DNA of 64,000 nt from Eukaryota sp. GEM-RC1. Lineage: Eukaryota. Location: positions 1,116,001 to 1,180,000 of the forward strand of contig JAUFOQ010000006.1 of assembly GCA_040285855.1 (NCBI GenBank), given 5' to 3'. The notes under the pieces are model-generated. The model saw nothing but the letters and a program-made list of their open reading frames with translations, was not told where the DNA came from and did not search any database. This document shows, piece after piece, positions 36,889-49,692 of this stretch. Made by a program: the position numbers and the translations under genes. The first letter of the stretch is position 1, and each line of letters begins with the position of its first letter.

Positions 36889-39243
36889 TCACAAAGTAAA
36901 CCAACGCATTAATTTAGATGTTAAGCTCTCTGCATCAGGATTCGGAGGACAACTTGGGACTTCATGTTCTTCAGAAACATTAGTATTATGTTCAACAAAA
37001 GATTGTTCTTGTGGTGTTTCTACCTCGTGTTCATACAAGGGCGGTGGTGTTTTTGCCTCGTGTTCATCAACAGGGGGCGTTTCTACCTCGTGTTCATACA
37101 AACTACCAAGACTGTCCTTAGCTTTAAGGTGACCCAAATCAGCAGCCTTTTTAAACCAATTATAGGCCTCAGATTTGTCTTTTAGAACACCTTCCCCATA
37201 TTTATAACAAACACCTAGATTGTGCATAGCATCAACATAACCCGAATCAGCAGCCTTTTTGAACCAATGTACAGACTTTGAATAATCTTGCTTGATCCCA
37301 CTCCCCACGTGATAACAAACTCCAATATTAAACATAGCTTTTACATGACTTAGATTTGCAGCCTTTTGGTATAACTCTGCGGCTTGGGACTTGCATAGCT
37401 GAACCCCACGTCCATTGCCATAACAAATGCCTAAATTGTACATAGCATCTACGTGACCAGAATCTGCAGCCTTTTCGAACCAATATGCAGCTTTTGTATG
37501 GTCTTGTTCGATTCCAATTCCTCGATCAAGGGCAACACCTAAATTGTACATGGCAATAGAATGAGACGATTCAGCAGCTTTTTGGAACCAAAATACAGCT
37601 CTTGATTGATCACGTGCAACACCGAGACCATTATCAAAACAAATACCAAGATTGTACATAGCATGAGAACTTCCTAAATCGGCAGCCATTTCGAACCAAT
37701 GGACAGCTTGAGATTGATCTTTTGGGATTCCATCTCCACCATGTAAGCACACTCCCAGGTCATACATGGAACTAGAGTCACCCAAATCCGCACCCTTTTG
37801 GAACCAATGAACTGCTTTAAACGAGTCTTTTTCAACTCCAATTCCATTCTTTAAACAAACAGCAAGACTATACATGGCAGTAGAATGACCCAAATAGGCA
37901 GCTTTCTGAAACCAATGTACTGCTAATGATAAGTCACGTGAGATTCCTTCTCCAAAGTGATAACAATATCCCAGAGCAGTCATTGCAAGTTGATCTCCTA
38001 ATTTTGCGTGATGTTGGGACCAATGAATAGTTTTCCCTAAGTTTGTTCTTGCACTAGAGTTTCCCTTAGAATGAGCTTCCAAGAACCAGTAAACAGCTTG
38101 TCTTTGGTTCTTGTTTACCCCAATGCCATTAAGAAAACAGTTACCCAGATTAACCATGGCTTCAGCATCACCTCGTTCTGCAGCTTCTTGGTAACCTTCA
38201 AAAGGGAGTTCATGATTACTGTTTTCTATTTGAAGAGCATTTGCTATAGAATTGTTCAACTCGTGGATTTTAATGTTTCCTTGAATGTCTTTCATCTCTT
38301 TCAGTACATCACTAATAGAAGGCCTTTCGTTTGGATTAACTGACAAACATTTGTTAATCAAAGATGAAATTGGTACTGGAAAACCTTCAGGAAAGCTCAA
38401 TAAATGTTCTTGTTGTTTAGCCGTAACTACTTCAAGCACTCCCATACCTTCAAAAGCAAGTCTATTGGCAAACATTTCATAAAACAATATTCCCAAGCTA
38501 TAAACATCAAATGCAGACCCAAAAACTTTCTTGAAAGACTCAGGGGCAGTGTATTTTGGAGACATTTGGAGAGATGACGTGGCACTGTTGTTATTAGAAG
38601 AACCAAAATCAGCGAGCTTAACCTGGGAGTTTACCAAGATGACATTTTGGGGCTTAATGTCGTGGTGGTAAATTCCTTTAGAATGTAAGTACTTCAAAGC
38701 GGAACATATATCAATAGCTTGGGCAAGGGTGGTGGGAGAAAGAGATGTTGGCACTTGTAAATGTCCAGAACCAAGTTCCATCAAGATACCAATGTGCTGC
38801 GGAAGCCTGGTTATACCAAACACTCGAAGGACAAAAGGATGAGACAGAGAGGCCATGTGGGAGACTTCCTGTAAGAGTCTTGCTTCGTTCTGATCAGCTT
38901 TACGGACGAGCTTCAAAGCAACATCGGTGTCAGCCCATTCACAGAGATAAACAGTTCCGCTGATTCCGCTACCCAATTCATCGTTGAGGTTGAAACTGAG
39001 CTCTTCGGATGCGATCTCAGGAAGAGCGGCGGGATTGTTGGCTAGTGCATCAGCAGCTTCACGGAGAGCATAGCAAGCCACAATATCAGCCAGAGATGCT
39101 GTCTGTCGACAAAAGGGACAAGATTGGTTGAGTTCGATCCATTTTGTGATACACGGTAGGCAAAAACAGTGTCCACAGGGAAGAGAACATGCATCCTTGA
39201 AGAGTGATTCGCAGATGACACAATCCAAGTGAAACATTAACAT
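36889..39243 (-). CDS. RING finger - protein kinase - Sel1-like repeat protein
   Basis: C3HC4 RING; kinase motifs GSGISG, VALK, HHDIKPQN, DFG, YTAPE; about ten Sel1 repeats (AMYNLG.C...G.GV..D...A..WF.KAA). Confidence 0.93.
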   Translation of the reverse strand: MLMFHLDCVICESLFKDACSLPCGHCFCLPCITKWIELNQSCPFCRQTASLADIVACYALREAADALANNPAALPEIASEELSFNLNDELGSGISGTVYLCEWADTDVALKLVRKADQNEARLLQEVSHMASLSHPFVLRVFGITRLPQHIGILMELGSGHLQVPTSLSPTTLAQAIDICSALKYLHSKGIYHHDIKPQNVILVNSQVKLADFGSSNNNSATSSLQMSPKYTAPESFKKVFGSAFDVYSLGILFYEMFANRLAFEGMGVLEVVTAKQQEHLLSFPEGFPVPISSLINKCLSVNPNERPSISDVLKEMKDIQGNIKIHELNNSIANALQIENSNHELPFEGYQEAAERGDAEAMVNLGNCFLNGIGVNKNQRQAVYWFLEAHSKGNSSARTNLGKTIHWSQHHAKLGDQLAMTALGYCYHFGEGISRDLSLAVHWFQKAAYLGHSTAMYSLAVCLKNGIGVEKDSFKAVHWFQKGADLGDSSSMYDLGVCLHGGDGIPKDQSQAVHWFEMAADLGSSHAMYNLGICFDNGLGVARDQSRAVFWFQKAAESSHSIAMYNLGVALDRGIGIEQDHTKAAYWFEKAADSGHVDAMYNLGICYGNGRGVQLCKSQAAELYQKAANLSHVKAMFNIGVCYHVGSGIKQDYSKSVHWFKKAADSGYVDAMHNLGVCYKYGEGVLKDKSEAYNWFKKAADLGHLKAKDSLGSLYEHEVETPPVDEHEAKTPPPLYEHEVETPQEQSFVEHNTNVSEEHEVPSCPPNPDAESLTSKLMRWFTL

Positions 39244-39506
39244 CACATCATTCTCTTCAAACTACATGACGTGATTTGTGATACACAATGATCTTTCTTT
39301 CCCGATCAAATACTAGTAGATGTGTCGTACTGCCAGACCCTTCGAATTCGTATTGTGTTGGTTTGTGAACTCATTGACCATATTCTCATATTTCAGTTTT
39401 TCTTGGTCATAGTTGTGGATACCTACCAAAATACTGACTACCTCAACCTGATACTTGAATACTCAGAAAAATGTTTGAACACAGAATCTAAACTAATAAA
39501 TATAAC

Positions 39507-40092
39507 CAGGGCTCTTCAAAACACTGATTTGGTAATTCAATAATTGCCAATCAGTTAATTGAAAAAATGATTGGCAGCTGTTTTTCAGCCCCAATTAATT
39601 GGGGTGTTCTTTCAGCCTTAACTTAGCAAATTTTGGTCAGCAATGCCAATTCTCCACAAAAATGAATAACAGACACCTGAAGAATTTTCAATGGTTATCT
39701 TTTAATCTATCTCAACGACCTCTTCATTAAATGGTTTGTCCAAATGACCGCAAATTTGGTACAAATGCCGTTGTAGAATGGTCTTACTTCAAAAAGTATG
39801 ACCAATTCATGAACATGGCGCTTGTATTGAGATGCAGCAGCTTTTTATGGGACATTAAGGACTTTAGAACATTGTGATCTACAAATGTTGTCGACGAACG
39901 GTCGGATGAATAGTGAAAATTATTTTAGATTGTATTTATAGATAATTATAAATGATTAACTTTGAACCTTAATTTGTTATGCCGGTGAAGTATACTGAAA
40001 AACAATTGGCAATTAATTGCAATAATTGGAAAATTGATTGGGAGCTATTTTCCGATTTCAATTAATTGCCAATTCAGTTTTGAAGAGCCCTG
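39507..40092. mobile_element. Non-autonomous hAT element
   Basis: TIR CAGGGCTCTTCAAAAC / GTTTTGAAGAGCCCTG; 8-bp TSD AATATAAC (39499-39506 and 40093-40100); subterminal AATTG repeats. Confidence 0.92.
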
Positions 40093-40983
40093 AATATAAC
40101 CTATTGTAAAAGCATCTAACCTAACCTAATGCAGCGCTACATACAATGTTACTCGCCACTTCGTCATGTTTTTCTTCCCCATTGACATAATACATCCCTA
40201 TGATTGACAACATCCTCAAACTGTTCATCAAATTCTTCAACACAATGTTCTGCCTCAGTGTTAGATACTGTGACAGCCTCAGCATTAGATACTACTTCAG
40301 CAATTGACTCAATACTTAGATCAAGTACAAAATCGTCCTCCTTAACCATCACTAAACAAACAATCTTAGTCTGGTGTTGACTTAGAACACATACACTGTG
40401 TCCATTTGTTTAAAAGTAGAATACTTTATTAATCCAATGAGAAACTGTCTTCGGTACCCAAAAAGATAAATCCGAATGATTGATAAACAAAATTAATACT
40501 TTATATATACGTAGCATTAGAAGGAAATTTACGGTATCGACAGGTATCTCCAAAATGAGACATGAAGATATCTCCTACAATTTAGGTATCCACAACTATG
40601 TTCTTGATGCCAAAGATGTATTTACCAATTCCACCCCTTAATACTAATAGTGCTTGATCACACTGACCATTTAAACGTGTTCTTCATCTTTGCAAAATGA
40701 GTAACAGCAGATATCGACTCTTGAGCAGATCAAAAACTTAACACATTCTCAACAATACGATTTCTGGAGCAGATACTTTGCGCATTTGACACACTGGAAC
40801 AAGAAAACTCTCTTTCACAACGTCTTCTTCAACTCAAGACCAGTTCATCAACAGTAAAAATCGGCAGGAAATGTCTAGATTTTTTAGAAGCTGATGTTAA
40901 GTTCTTAAAAGAGAGTCTTGCGACAATCGAAGCGTATTTTTCCAGGCTATACCAAGCCAAGACTTGATCTACTTCTACGTGTA

Positions 40984-41934
40984 CAGTCTATTCTCCGACA
41001 ATTACCGCCATCCCAATTTGACAAACCTCCCATTATGACAAATTTGGCCTGGTGTGACAACTTTTTCCTCACCACTTCTTACCTTATAAACTCAATGACA
41101 TCATAATTAACCGAATGTAAACAAATGTACTTAAGTCTGAATTGTCACATGGTATTGCGATGGAATATCACTACTTAGCTCCATAGATCAATCTTGTTGT
41201 GGTTAGGACTTTGAACATCTGAATGTTGTGTTTGTACCAACAGGGTTCAAAGCTCATGTCAGGTACGACCAACAGATATTTTATAAACCACACGAAAAAC
41301 AACATCGAATGGTGGTCTAAATTTCTACTTATGATTAGTGACAGTATTAAGATAATCAAAAGCTGGTTCATGACTAACAAAATATATCGAGTTTTGAAGA
41401 CAATTGTTGCAATGGTGAAAATAAATTTATCCTCACTACGGTAACATTTGCCGTAAATAATTTCCGTATTTTTACATTTACTGTATTTTACGGATGGCGA
41501 GTATGGTACCGTACCGTATCTTACAGTAGTGTACAGCACGCTATTCTTTATACATCACTGAATGGAACTCAGATCAGTGAGGAGGAGTTCAATATATATG
41601 AAGCATCCATAGACATGGTAGAAAAGCTCAGCGTCCTGAATTCAGAAACTTTTCAAAACATAAAAGACACAGGCAGATTTCAGTTGTGAAACGATTACAA
41701 GATGTTAAGCAAAATAAGGAATTAAATGTCCATGAGTTCGTCAGAAGCAGACATGAAAAGTTCAAAAAAATTTCTATCGTGTAACATGAGAAATAAAAAA
41801 GAATTTCAGCAATTGGAAAGACATTGTCAACTTGGGACTTTAATATAACCAGTATAGCAAGTTTCTGACTTACTGGGTCGGACAGTGAAAATTTGGTCAT
41901 CATGGGAGGGTGGCCTTATTCGGAGGAAAGATTG
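40984..41934. mobile_element. Old pogo/Tc1-type element with degenerate TIRs
   Basis: TA-CAGTCTATTCTCCGA... and ...TCGGAGGAAAGATTG-TA; CCTCCCAT motifs like those of the 8675 element. Confidence 0.55.
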
Positions 41935-42859
41935 TACATGAGAGTCGAAAAACCACTAGTGAAACCACTAGTGGAAGACCACTCACTATGAACTGAAAAC
42001 TATTATGGTATCGTGGCTATATGAAATGATATGAATGTCGCTTTATTGATATTGAGTTCTATGTAGTTTCGTTCTCTATCTCAACGTTTCTGTTCTACAA
42101 AGTACTCATTATAACTATTCTCCAATTCCATTCAAAGGGGGAGCTTAACATGACATCAATTGATATCAACACGAATAAAATAAAAGGTACCAAACGTATC
42201 AGTATACAACAAAACTCTGAAAGTTCGGTTACAAATATTCTCTTCAAATGTCCCCTGCTATATATATCGAATTAAAACAAATCTTAACCAGAGCAGATCC
42301 GAACCACAAGGTTTTGAAACCTATAACTTCAAACGCATCCATCAATACCTTGTTGAAATCGCTATTGAATGTGATTGATGACGTCATCAAGATGACGAAG
42401 GGATCCCCCACTTTGTTGGCTGTATTTCACAGTTTTTAAGTGAAGAGGAAATACCTTCCATAGCTCGGTCCCTTCGAGACAAAGGTTTTGTTCTTCTAAC
42501 CAACAGAATCCGAGAAGTAATGGATAACTTTCGTGGCTGCCACGTGGCAATTTCAGTGGAGACAGAAGCAGTGTCCTTTGCTCGGGAATGATATCCCAGT
42601 TTCTGATCAAAGCCTTGGAACGGCTCAACAACTGACCAATGACCCAGCCGCCGTATTGCAGGATCCATCAATCTGGTGATGGAGTTGAGCTCTAACTTTT
42701 TAGAGCCTCTTTTATGACGGACAAGTCCAGGATTGTACTACTGGAAGCCGGGTTAACTTGTGACTTTAGTAAAGTCAAAAATGATTTTCGTCAGCCAACA
42801 GTAGATAGTTTACCAATTGTTTTGTCTAACCGACAAAGAGACGTCGTTTGAAGTAGCAT

Positions 42860-43960
42860 ATGATACAACAAGCACTTCAAAAAGCTGCGCAATTGTTTCA
42901 GGATTCTTTTATTCGTCCAAAGTTAGAGACTTTAGCTCCACTAGATTTGACAACTCCTAAAATAAACGTTGCTGCTTGTGAGAAAACTGAAACCACAAAG
43001 ACACCAGCTAAGAGTACAGCAAAAGTTGGCAAATCCAAAAAGTCAACAACCAAACCAAAAGCAAGTGGTAAAACTAATGCTACCAAGAGTCTTAAACCTC
43101 GTAAGAAACAAATGATTGACTTTCATTGTAATTCTGAATTACCAGAAAACTCTAGCTCTTGTTCAATATTGTCGTTTGATATTGAAACAAGAGAAGTAGA
43201 TCAATTGCCTGTTAAAAAACTGACGAAGAAGTTGAATGAACACAGATAAGAACAAAATGAAGTTTTAAAAAACCAAAGTGATTCAGAAAGAGAAGCTTGG
43301 ATTGAAAAGCAACACGTGTTCATGATTTCTGGAGTTTTTGGTCATTATATTAAGGATGAGTTTTACCTTCAAGAAAGCTTTGTTGCGACTTCAGAGGAAT
43401 CAACTTCCTTTTCAAAGGTTGAAAATCCAACTGATTGCCATAGCCTTTTCTTCTTTGAAGATGAAAAACAGTTACTAGAGTTTTTGTGACTTATTTGACT
43501 GACAAAAATCCATCTGTTTTAACTGGATTTAACATTACTGATTTTGATAATGTTGTTCTAGACAATAAAATGGATGCATTTGGATTAGACTTTCCAGAAC
43601 CAATACAAGATGATACCATAAAATCACATTTGTCACCTTTATGGCAACGTGTTTGTACCGAACGGGCTGGTAGAACTGTATGTGATTCTTACCTCTATGA
43701 TAAAGAATTCATTGCTTCTAAATGTTCAAGGTCACTAAGATCATTAAGTTGGTTTTTATTACACGAATCAAAAGGACGTCTTCATGACAAATTCGAACAC
43801 TTGTTACCTATTGATTGTATTATAAGTGGACCTCAAGAAGTTGTAAACTATTGCTTCAAAGACAGTGTGCTAGCATTGAAGTTGTTTTTATTGTTCAATC
43901 AAATAAAATCGTTAGACCCTCTTTTGTTACACGCAAGACTACACTTAAATATATTGTAAA
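42860..43960 (+). pseudogene. Decayed family-B DNA polymerase 3'-5' exonuclease domain
   Basis: In order: ExoI ILSFDIET (~43170), FEDEKQLLEF, ExoII NPSVLTGFNITDFD (~43510), GRTVCD, ExoIII NYCFKDSVLALKLF (~43850). Interrupted by a stop at 43247 and a frameshift near 43485. Confidence 0.8.
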
Positions 43961-46072
43961 ACATACATGACTGGAATTATTGTTACAATTAATCGAAGAG
44001 AACACTCAGCATATTCCCCAACAGTATGGGTATTTTTTTAATACTAATTCTAGGTATGGAGACAGTGAAAAGAACGAGTTCATCACAACTCTTATTATTT
44101 CTAATAATTGGCCATGGAATGTCTATCCTGATTTATCCAGAGAAGAAAAGAATGCTCTCCAACGACGAATGAAATTTGTGTATATTGCTTGTCAACAACT
44201 GATGCAATGCTGGTCAAATGGTAAATTAATTTATCGTTATCCTCAGTCTCATGAACGAAGTTTTATTCAAGAAGAATGCGAAGAATGTCCTTTCGTTATT
44301 ACTTTTAAAGTCAATGAATCTATTGAAGAAGAAACAGATGCTTCAGTCGATCTTTTATCGTCCCAAACTTCTACCGTATTATCTCAATCTTCCTCTGCTT
44401 TTCCTGTTATCCAAAGAAGAAATTATCGACAACGTGTGAAAGAACAAAGAGAAAATGTTGTTTCTCTTAAAAGAACTGGTAAATCAAGGAGATCTTCTCC
44501 AGGATTTTCTACTTCCAAAGCTATTATTTATAGTGTCTTAAATCTGAAAATAATAAAATAAATTTGATTTAAAACAATTGTACTGGTCAATTGCGATTAA
44601 GATTTGTCTTTAAAAAGAGATCATTGCAAATGGCTGACTTTAAATATTGTAAATAATATGAAATTCTGAGTGGTGGAAATTTCTTCCTCTACTGAATAGA
44701 ACTGCACAAGAAACGTCATCACGTCATCGTAAACATGGTTGAAATTAAAAACATTAAAATTAAAAACGGAAACAATGACAAAATCAAAGAATATAAAAGA
44801 AAAGTCTACAATCAATCCCAGAAAATCATTTTGAGGGGTTCTTTCTAATGACACGTGTCAAGTGCGATAGAGAAAGACTTTGATTGAGGAAGAAGTCATC
44901 CACTCAGTTCAAATCACGTCAATTAATCGTCGATCTTTCTTTAAAGAGGGAGATTCTGATAGATTCTGATAAAATTGACCCATACCCTAGATAATACCCT
45001 GGGTCTGGGAACAAGGGTATTGTGGAAGAATATAAGGAAGGGATATCGTGGAAACAGAACAAGAATCTATAAAGCTAGAGAATTGTTATCCTTTTAAAGA
45101 TGACGGTCAAGCAAATGAGAAGAATAAGGACGAGGAATGACACATTCTAAGTGAAAGCTAGAGGGGAGGGAGGTTGTTATGGAAGTTGAAATCTTATACG
45201 ATGACGTTTCCTGATGACGTTTCCGTCAGTTTGATAGAGCGCAAGGTCACGAGATCGAAGTGATTGTCCAATCCATTGAGAAATGATTGAATGTGATCAG
45301 AGAGAACGGGAATCAAGATCCTTTTGAGAGATATTGTGGAACTATTAGAAAGCGGCTCCACGTTCTCGTAGTATCTTCGGAAGTATGAGAGATGTGAGTT
45401 CAATGCATGGGTTTGATCTCGGATAATCAATCTCGGAATGAAATGGACAAGGGAAAGACACGATGGGGGGATCTGCTAGGGAGGGTACTAGCATCTAAAC
45501 CGATACTTGGTAAACCGTCGACAAAAATAGATTTACATTGTACATTGCTTCTACTAGTAGTTCTTAAACAAGAGTCCATTTCTTCCTCTTAGCTTGACTT
45601 TCCTCAGCTTGGAAACCTCTATGGTTAGAAAAATAATTCAATCTTTATTGAATACAAGTATTCAGCGACACATACCCAGAGAACAAAGTTTCTTACAATA
45701 ACTGAAAAGGTCTCTTCTGAAAAAAATACGTTGAACCCTTTTTTGTCCATGCTTCTAGTTGTGTTTTCCTTCATTCTCTTACACTATACAGCCAAAATTT
45801 TATGTTATTTATTTTATAAATTCAAACGCTTTCTTCAAAGATAGTACACGTAGTACAATTACACCAACTTTTTCACAGCAATATAGTTAACATTTATAAC
45901 TGTGTTTTAGGTGAACACAGTTTGATAACGTCATTAAACGGAGTCGTCCTGTAAAACGATGGCGGTGATTTAATCAGCTGTTGAGTAAGAAGTAGTGGAT
46001 GGACTGAAAATGATGTATTCAAAACCTGGGAAGATTTAAATATTTAGCGGTAACACAATTTTCCTACCTCTT

Positions 46073-47311
46073 ATGAACATCGTCGAAGACAGATCTCTAT
46101 ATCGTTCACCCTGTCATATGTTACAAGCGGCCTGCAAATTCGATACGTTCCTATGCTCTGGTCAGTTCAGTGATGTTACTATTGTTGTAGACATTGAAAG
46201 ATACAATGTCCACAGAATCATTCTAGCCAGCTACTCAGACTTCTTCCGTGCTCTCTTCCAAGGTCCTTGGCGAGAATCATCACAAAGTGAAGTTCATCTT
46301 GATTGGTACGATGAATATGGAATATTTCCAGATGTGCTGAAGTTTCTCTACATCAACGATATAAAGTTATCTGCCGACAATGTCTTCACTATTTTGCTTG
46401 CCAGTACTTACTTTCAAATAGAAGCGTTAACTCTCAAATGTTCAGAGTTTATGGAGCGATCAGTTTCATGTGAAGTGGCCATTCCCTTTATTCAAGTTGC
46501 AACCAAATTCCATTTAAGCAAAGTTGAAACCCGATGTCTTTCTATACTGGGAGAAGCATTTGGTTCCCTTGTAGAGGAAGATCCCAATGCATTCAATGTT
46601 CTAACTCTCCAACAACTGACCTGCTTGGTAGATCGAGAGTTACTATATGCCAAGAACGAGCTACAAATTGCTCGTGTTATTGCTAACTTCTGCCAACACA
46701 ACAACCTCTCAACCCAAACAATGAGGGAGTTGTTCTCTTTAGTTCGATGGTTTCAGGTCTCCAATGATGAACTCTTTGCTTTCCCTAAATCTTGTCCTTT
46801 CATTCCTTCCGAGTTCTTTGATCCACTCATACAAAGCCTTCCAGTTCCTGCACCACGTTTCTCCTGTGGCGCTCGTTTAGATTGGACAATTCCTTCCTTC
46901 TCATCTGTCTCTGTAAAGGAAATCAAGTCACCCCTCTTTGAAGATGTAAGAGGAAGAAGATGGCAGGTAGTTCTATATCCCAAAAGTACACAACGTCCAC
47001 AGTATACAAGTGTTTATCTATATGCTGAAAGAAGTGATGGGTTGGACCCCAGCGTTTGCCTTGAACCTGAAGGATCTTGGTTTAGATATGCTCGCTTTAA
47101 AGTCAAAGTGATTGACCCTCAATCAGGATTAAGATTGTGGGGTTATGAAAGTGTTGGCCACCATTTTGAAAAAACCGATGAAAGTGATTCTCTTAATTGG
47201 GGATGGGAATGTTTCTCAGAGTATGATTCAATGTTGCAGTACCTCAGAAATGATGTGCTGTATTTGAGGATAGTCGTGGCCAGTCAAGAAATGTTTTGTG
47301 ATGATGATTAG
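46073..47311 (+). CDS. BTB/POZ-BACK-MATH domain protein (cullin-3 adaptor-like)
   Basis: FSDVTIVV...VHRIILASYSDFFRALF (BTB), BACK helices, WQVVLYPK...SVYL...NWGW (MATH). Confidence 0.9.
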   Translation: MNIVEDRSLYRSPCHMLQAACKFDTFLCSGQFSDVTIVVDIERYNVHRIILASYSDFFRALFQGPWRESSQSEVHLDWYDEYGIFPDVLKFLYINDIKLSADNVFTILLASTYFQIEALTLKCSEFMERSVSCEVAIPFIQVATKFHLSKVETRCLSILGEAFGSLVEEDPNAFNVLTLQQLTCLVDRELLYAKNELQIARVIANFCQHNNLSTQTMRELFSLVRWFQVSNDELFAFPKSCPFIPSEFFDPLIQSLPVPAPRFSCGARLDWTIPSFSSVSVKEIKSPLFEDVRGRRWQVVLYPKSTQRPQYTSVYLYAERSDGLDPSVCLEPEGSWFRYARFKVKVIDPQSGLRLWGYESVGHHFEKTDESDSLNWGWECFSEYDSMLQYLRNDVLYLRIVVASQEMFCDDD

Positions 47312-47687
47312 CATCGTTTTCACATCTTTTGAATTCTGTTCCTGAAGTTGATTTAATCGCAATGTTTCTCAATGACTCTCTAGAGAAGTTACATCGATAG
47401 ACTCTTACAAACCTTGTGCTGAAAATGAGATCAACAGTAGATCTTTATCCACCTTCTTTGTTCCATTAGAAAATGATGTGGTAGACAATTAATTCTGTAG
47501 ATGTTTTTCTGTGGTGTTGTTCGTGTTAACACTCATTAGACTTGTTTTAAAATATGTTTTTTAATGTGCTGCTGTCTTAGTTTCATAAACTTCTGTATTG
47601 TACTACATGTATTTCAAATTTGAATTAACAAGACGTTGGCTGTAGATGGAAACAAAACTTTCTTTGTACAGCAGTTGGTTTAATTAA

Positions 47688-48579
47688 TGTGGACCACACC
47701 ACCGATAATTGTAATCCACACAAATTATAATTCAATCAAAATAGTATGGATACAAATTTTTGTTTAAAAGATGTTATTATAGTTGTAATTGATATGAACT
47801 ATACTACAATGTAGTACTGTTCAAACAACAGACAACTGTAGAAGTTCTTTCAATAATGTTTTTTTACTACCAAAGGGAAATAGCTTTTTCACTATTACAA
47901 CAAATCGTTAACTACGTTATTAAATTGATCAGGATACGTTTTTATAATTCCTTGAAGCTCTGATTTCAACTGTTCAATTTCCCAATGATCAGTTGCATTC
48001 AAGCTCAAACCACATAAAATCATGGCTTTGTGGGCATATGAAATACCATTATAGTGAACTTCTACATTGACTTCTTCATTGATACATTCTTCAGCGAATT
48101 CAAAAAAGAATTGCTTTCCAGGATTTGAAATGTTTCCCGTTCTGGAAGAGTTGCGGTTGTTTATCAATTCTCTTTTTGGTGTTCCAATTCTTTAGTCAAG
48201 ATTTCAGAGCCTAGTACCATGTGAAAGGATGTGGAAAAGGAAAAGGGTTTATTAGTTTACTACTGGAGCTTTCAATTAGATTCGCCTTATTATGTCTCTC
48301 GGTTGAGAAATTGTACAAATTTGGTGTGAAGTTTAATGTTGAAAAACGTAATCTTTTGCCGGGTGGTGATCAAGTCGTTTGGATTTAATCTTAGTATTAT
48401 TTGTTTGTTTCTGCAATTTCATAGTTTTGTAGGAAGGTTACCTTATTGGATACGGAATGGAGCTTGTTGATTTGGTCTGATTTTCACATATTATTGATAG
48501 AATAATAAAAACCACACTAGCTAAGTCCAAAATTGGCTCTATGAAAAAACAAGATAATTGGAATTAGTGTGGACCACAG
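47688..48579 (-). mobile_element. Probable DNA-transposon remnant
   Basis: Imperfect inverted ends TGTGGACCACAC / GTGTGGACCACA. Internal ORF fragment YAHKAMILCGLSLN...WEIEQL..ELQGII resembles, from memory, C-termini of pogo-like DDE proteins. Contains a nested family B fragment. Confidence 0.4.
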
Positions 48580-48726
48580 TGGTTAAAATTCACGTTATTT
48601 CTGTATCTACACTAATTAAACCAATTGCTGTAGAATTTCATTGATTGTATAATTGGCTGAAGACTTACACAATTAAACATTCGTTTGTACTTCTTCAATG
48701 GAACAGAAGTTTTTCTCCAAAAAACT

Positions 48727-48977
48727 GTGATGATGATATACAACAATATAATGATAAATGCATACTTGTTGATCACACTCGTTTTGTCAGTGTGATCACA
48801 ACCACAACCACAATCACGATCACGATCACATGTGATCACAATCACAAATTATGATCACAAATACTGTTTATTGCGATCTATTTCACTCTCCTGAGACAAA
48901 TCTACATCAAAGTGATGTAATTGTATCACATGTGATGTGATCACAAAAAGGCCAGTGTGATCACATGTGTTTGTGAT
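48727..48977. repeat. Cluster of palindromic TGTGATCACA / GATCAC motifs
   Basis: Repeated TGATCACA and ATCACG units, as in MITE subterminal arrays; element ends not resolved. Confidence 0.5.
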
Positions 48978-49692
48978 CCACAAGTATGGATAAATGTAAT
49001 AGAGAAATTGTTGAAGATAACAAGGTAAACAAACTCCAGCGTTTGAAGCAAAGTCATGACACTTCTCTATCATTGTTTTAGTTCTCTATTATCGTTTTCC
49101 CCACCATCAATTTTTTGCAAAATTAATTGAGGTCTACGAAGACAAATATAATAACCCTCAGTTCAGAAAAGCATCCTCATTAACTCAGTACCACATTCTT
49201 GAACCTTTTTTTAAAGAAGCTGAAGAAAGCACTCAACAATGAAATTCCTTCCTTTTTTGAAATTGGTGTCCATGGACTTTGGGATCCCGATTCAGACTTC
49301 ATAGATTTGACTTTTTATTATGATATGTAAATATTCTATTGATCTATTACATTTATAATAAACTTTAATAACCTAAAAAAAATATTCTATTTAAATTTTT
49401 GGTTAAAACAAGACTCTTCATCTCTAGTTAGTCAAATAGACTGGCTAAAATTCAAACACAACTTACAGTGTATAAACCGTTGCACAAAAAGAATCAACAC
49501 CAGGGTTCATCATTTGGAGCGAAGTCTAGGAGTAAGACCTGGTGATTTGTCAATTTGACCTTTATTTATTACATGTATACCACATATGGGTAGATAAAAG
49601 TCAAGATGCTTGAGAGGGTACAACTGGGACCGTATGTAATACTAAGAGAAGTAACCAAACAAATCTTGTTACCGCCACTTTTTGTCGATCTT

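Noticed and set aside
43980..44561. Polymerase catalytic domain continuing the PolB exonuclease
   Set aside because: NSRYGDS only loosely recalls regions III/I; DxxSLYPS and YGDTDS are absent.
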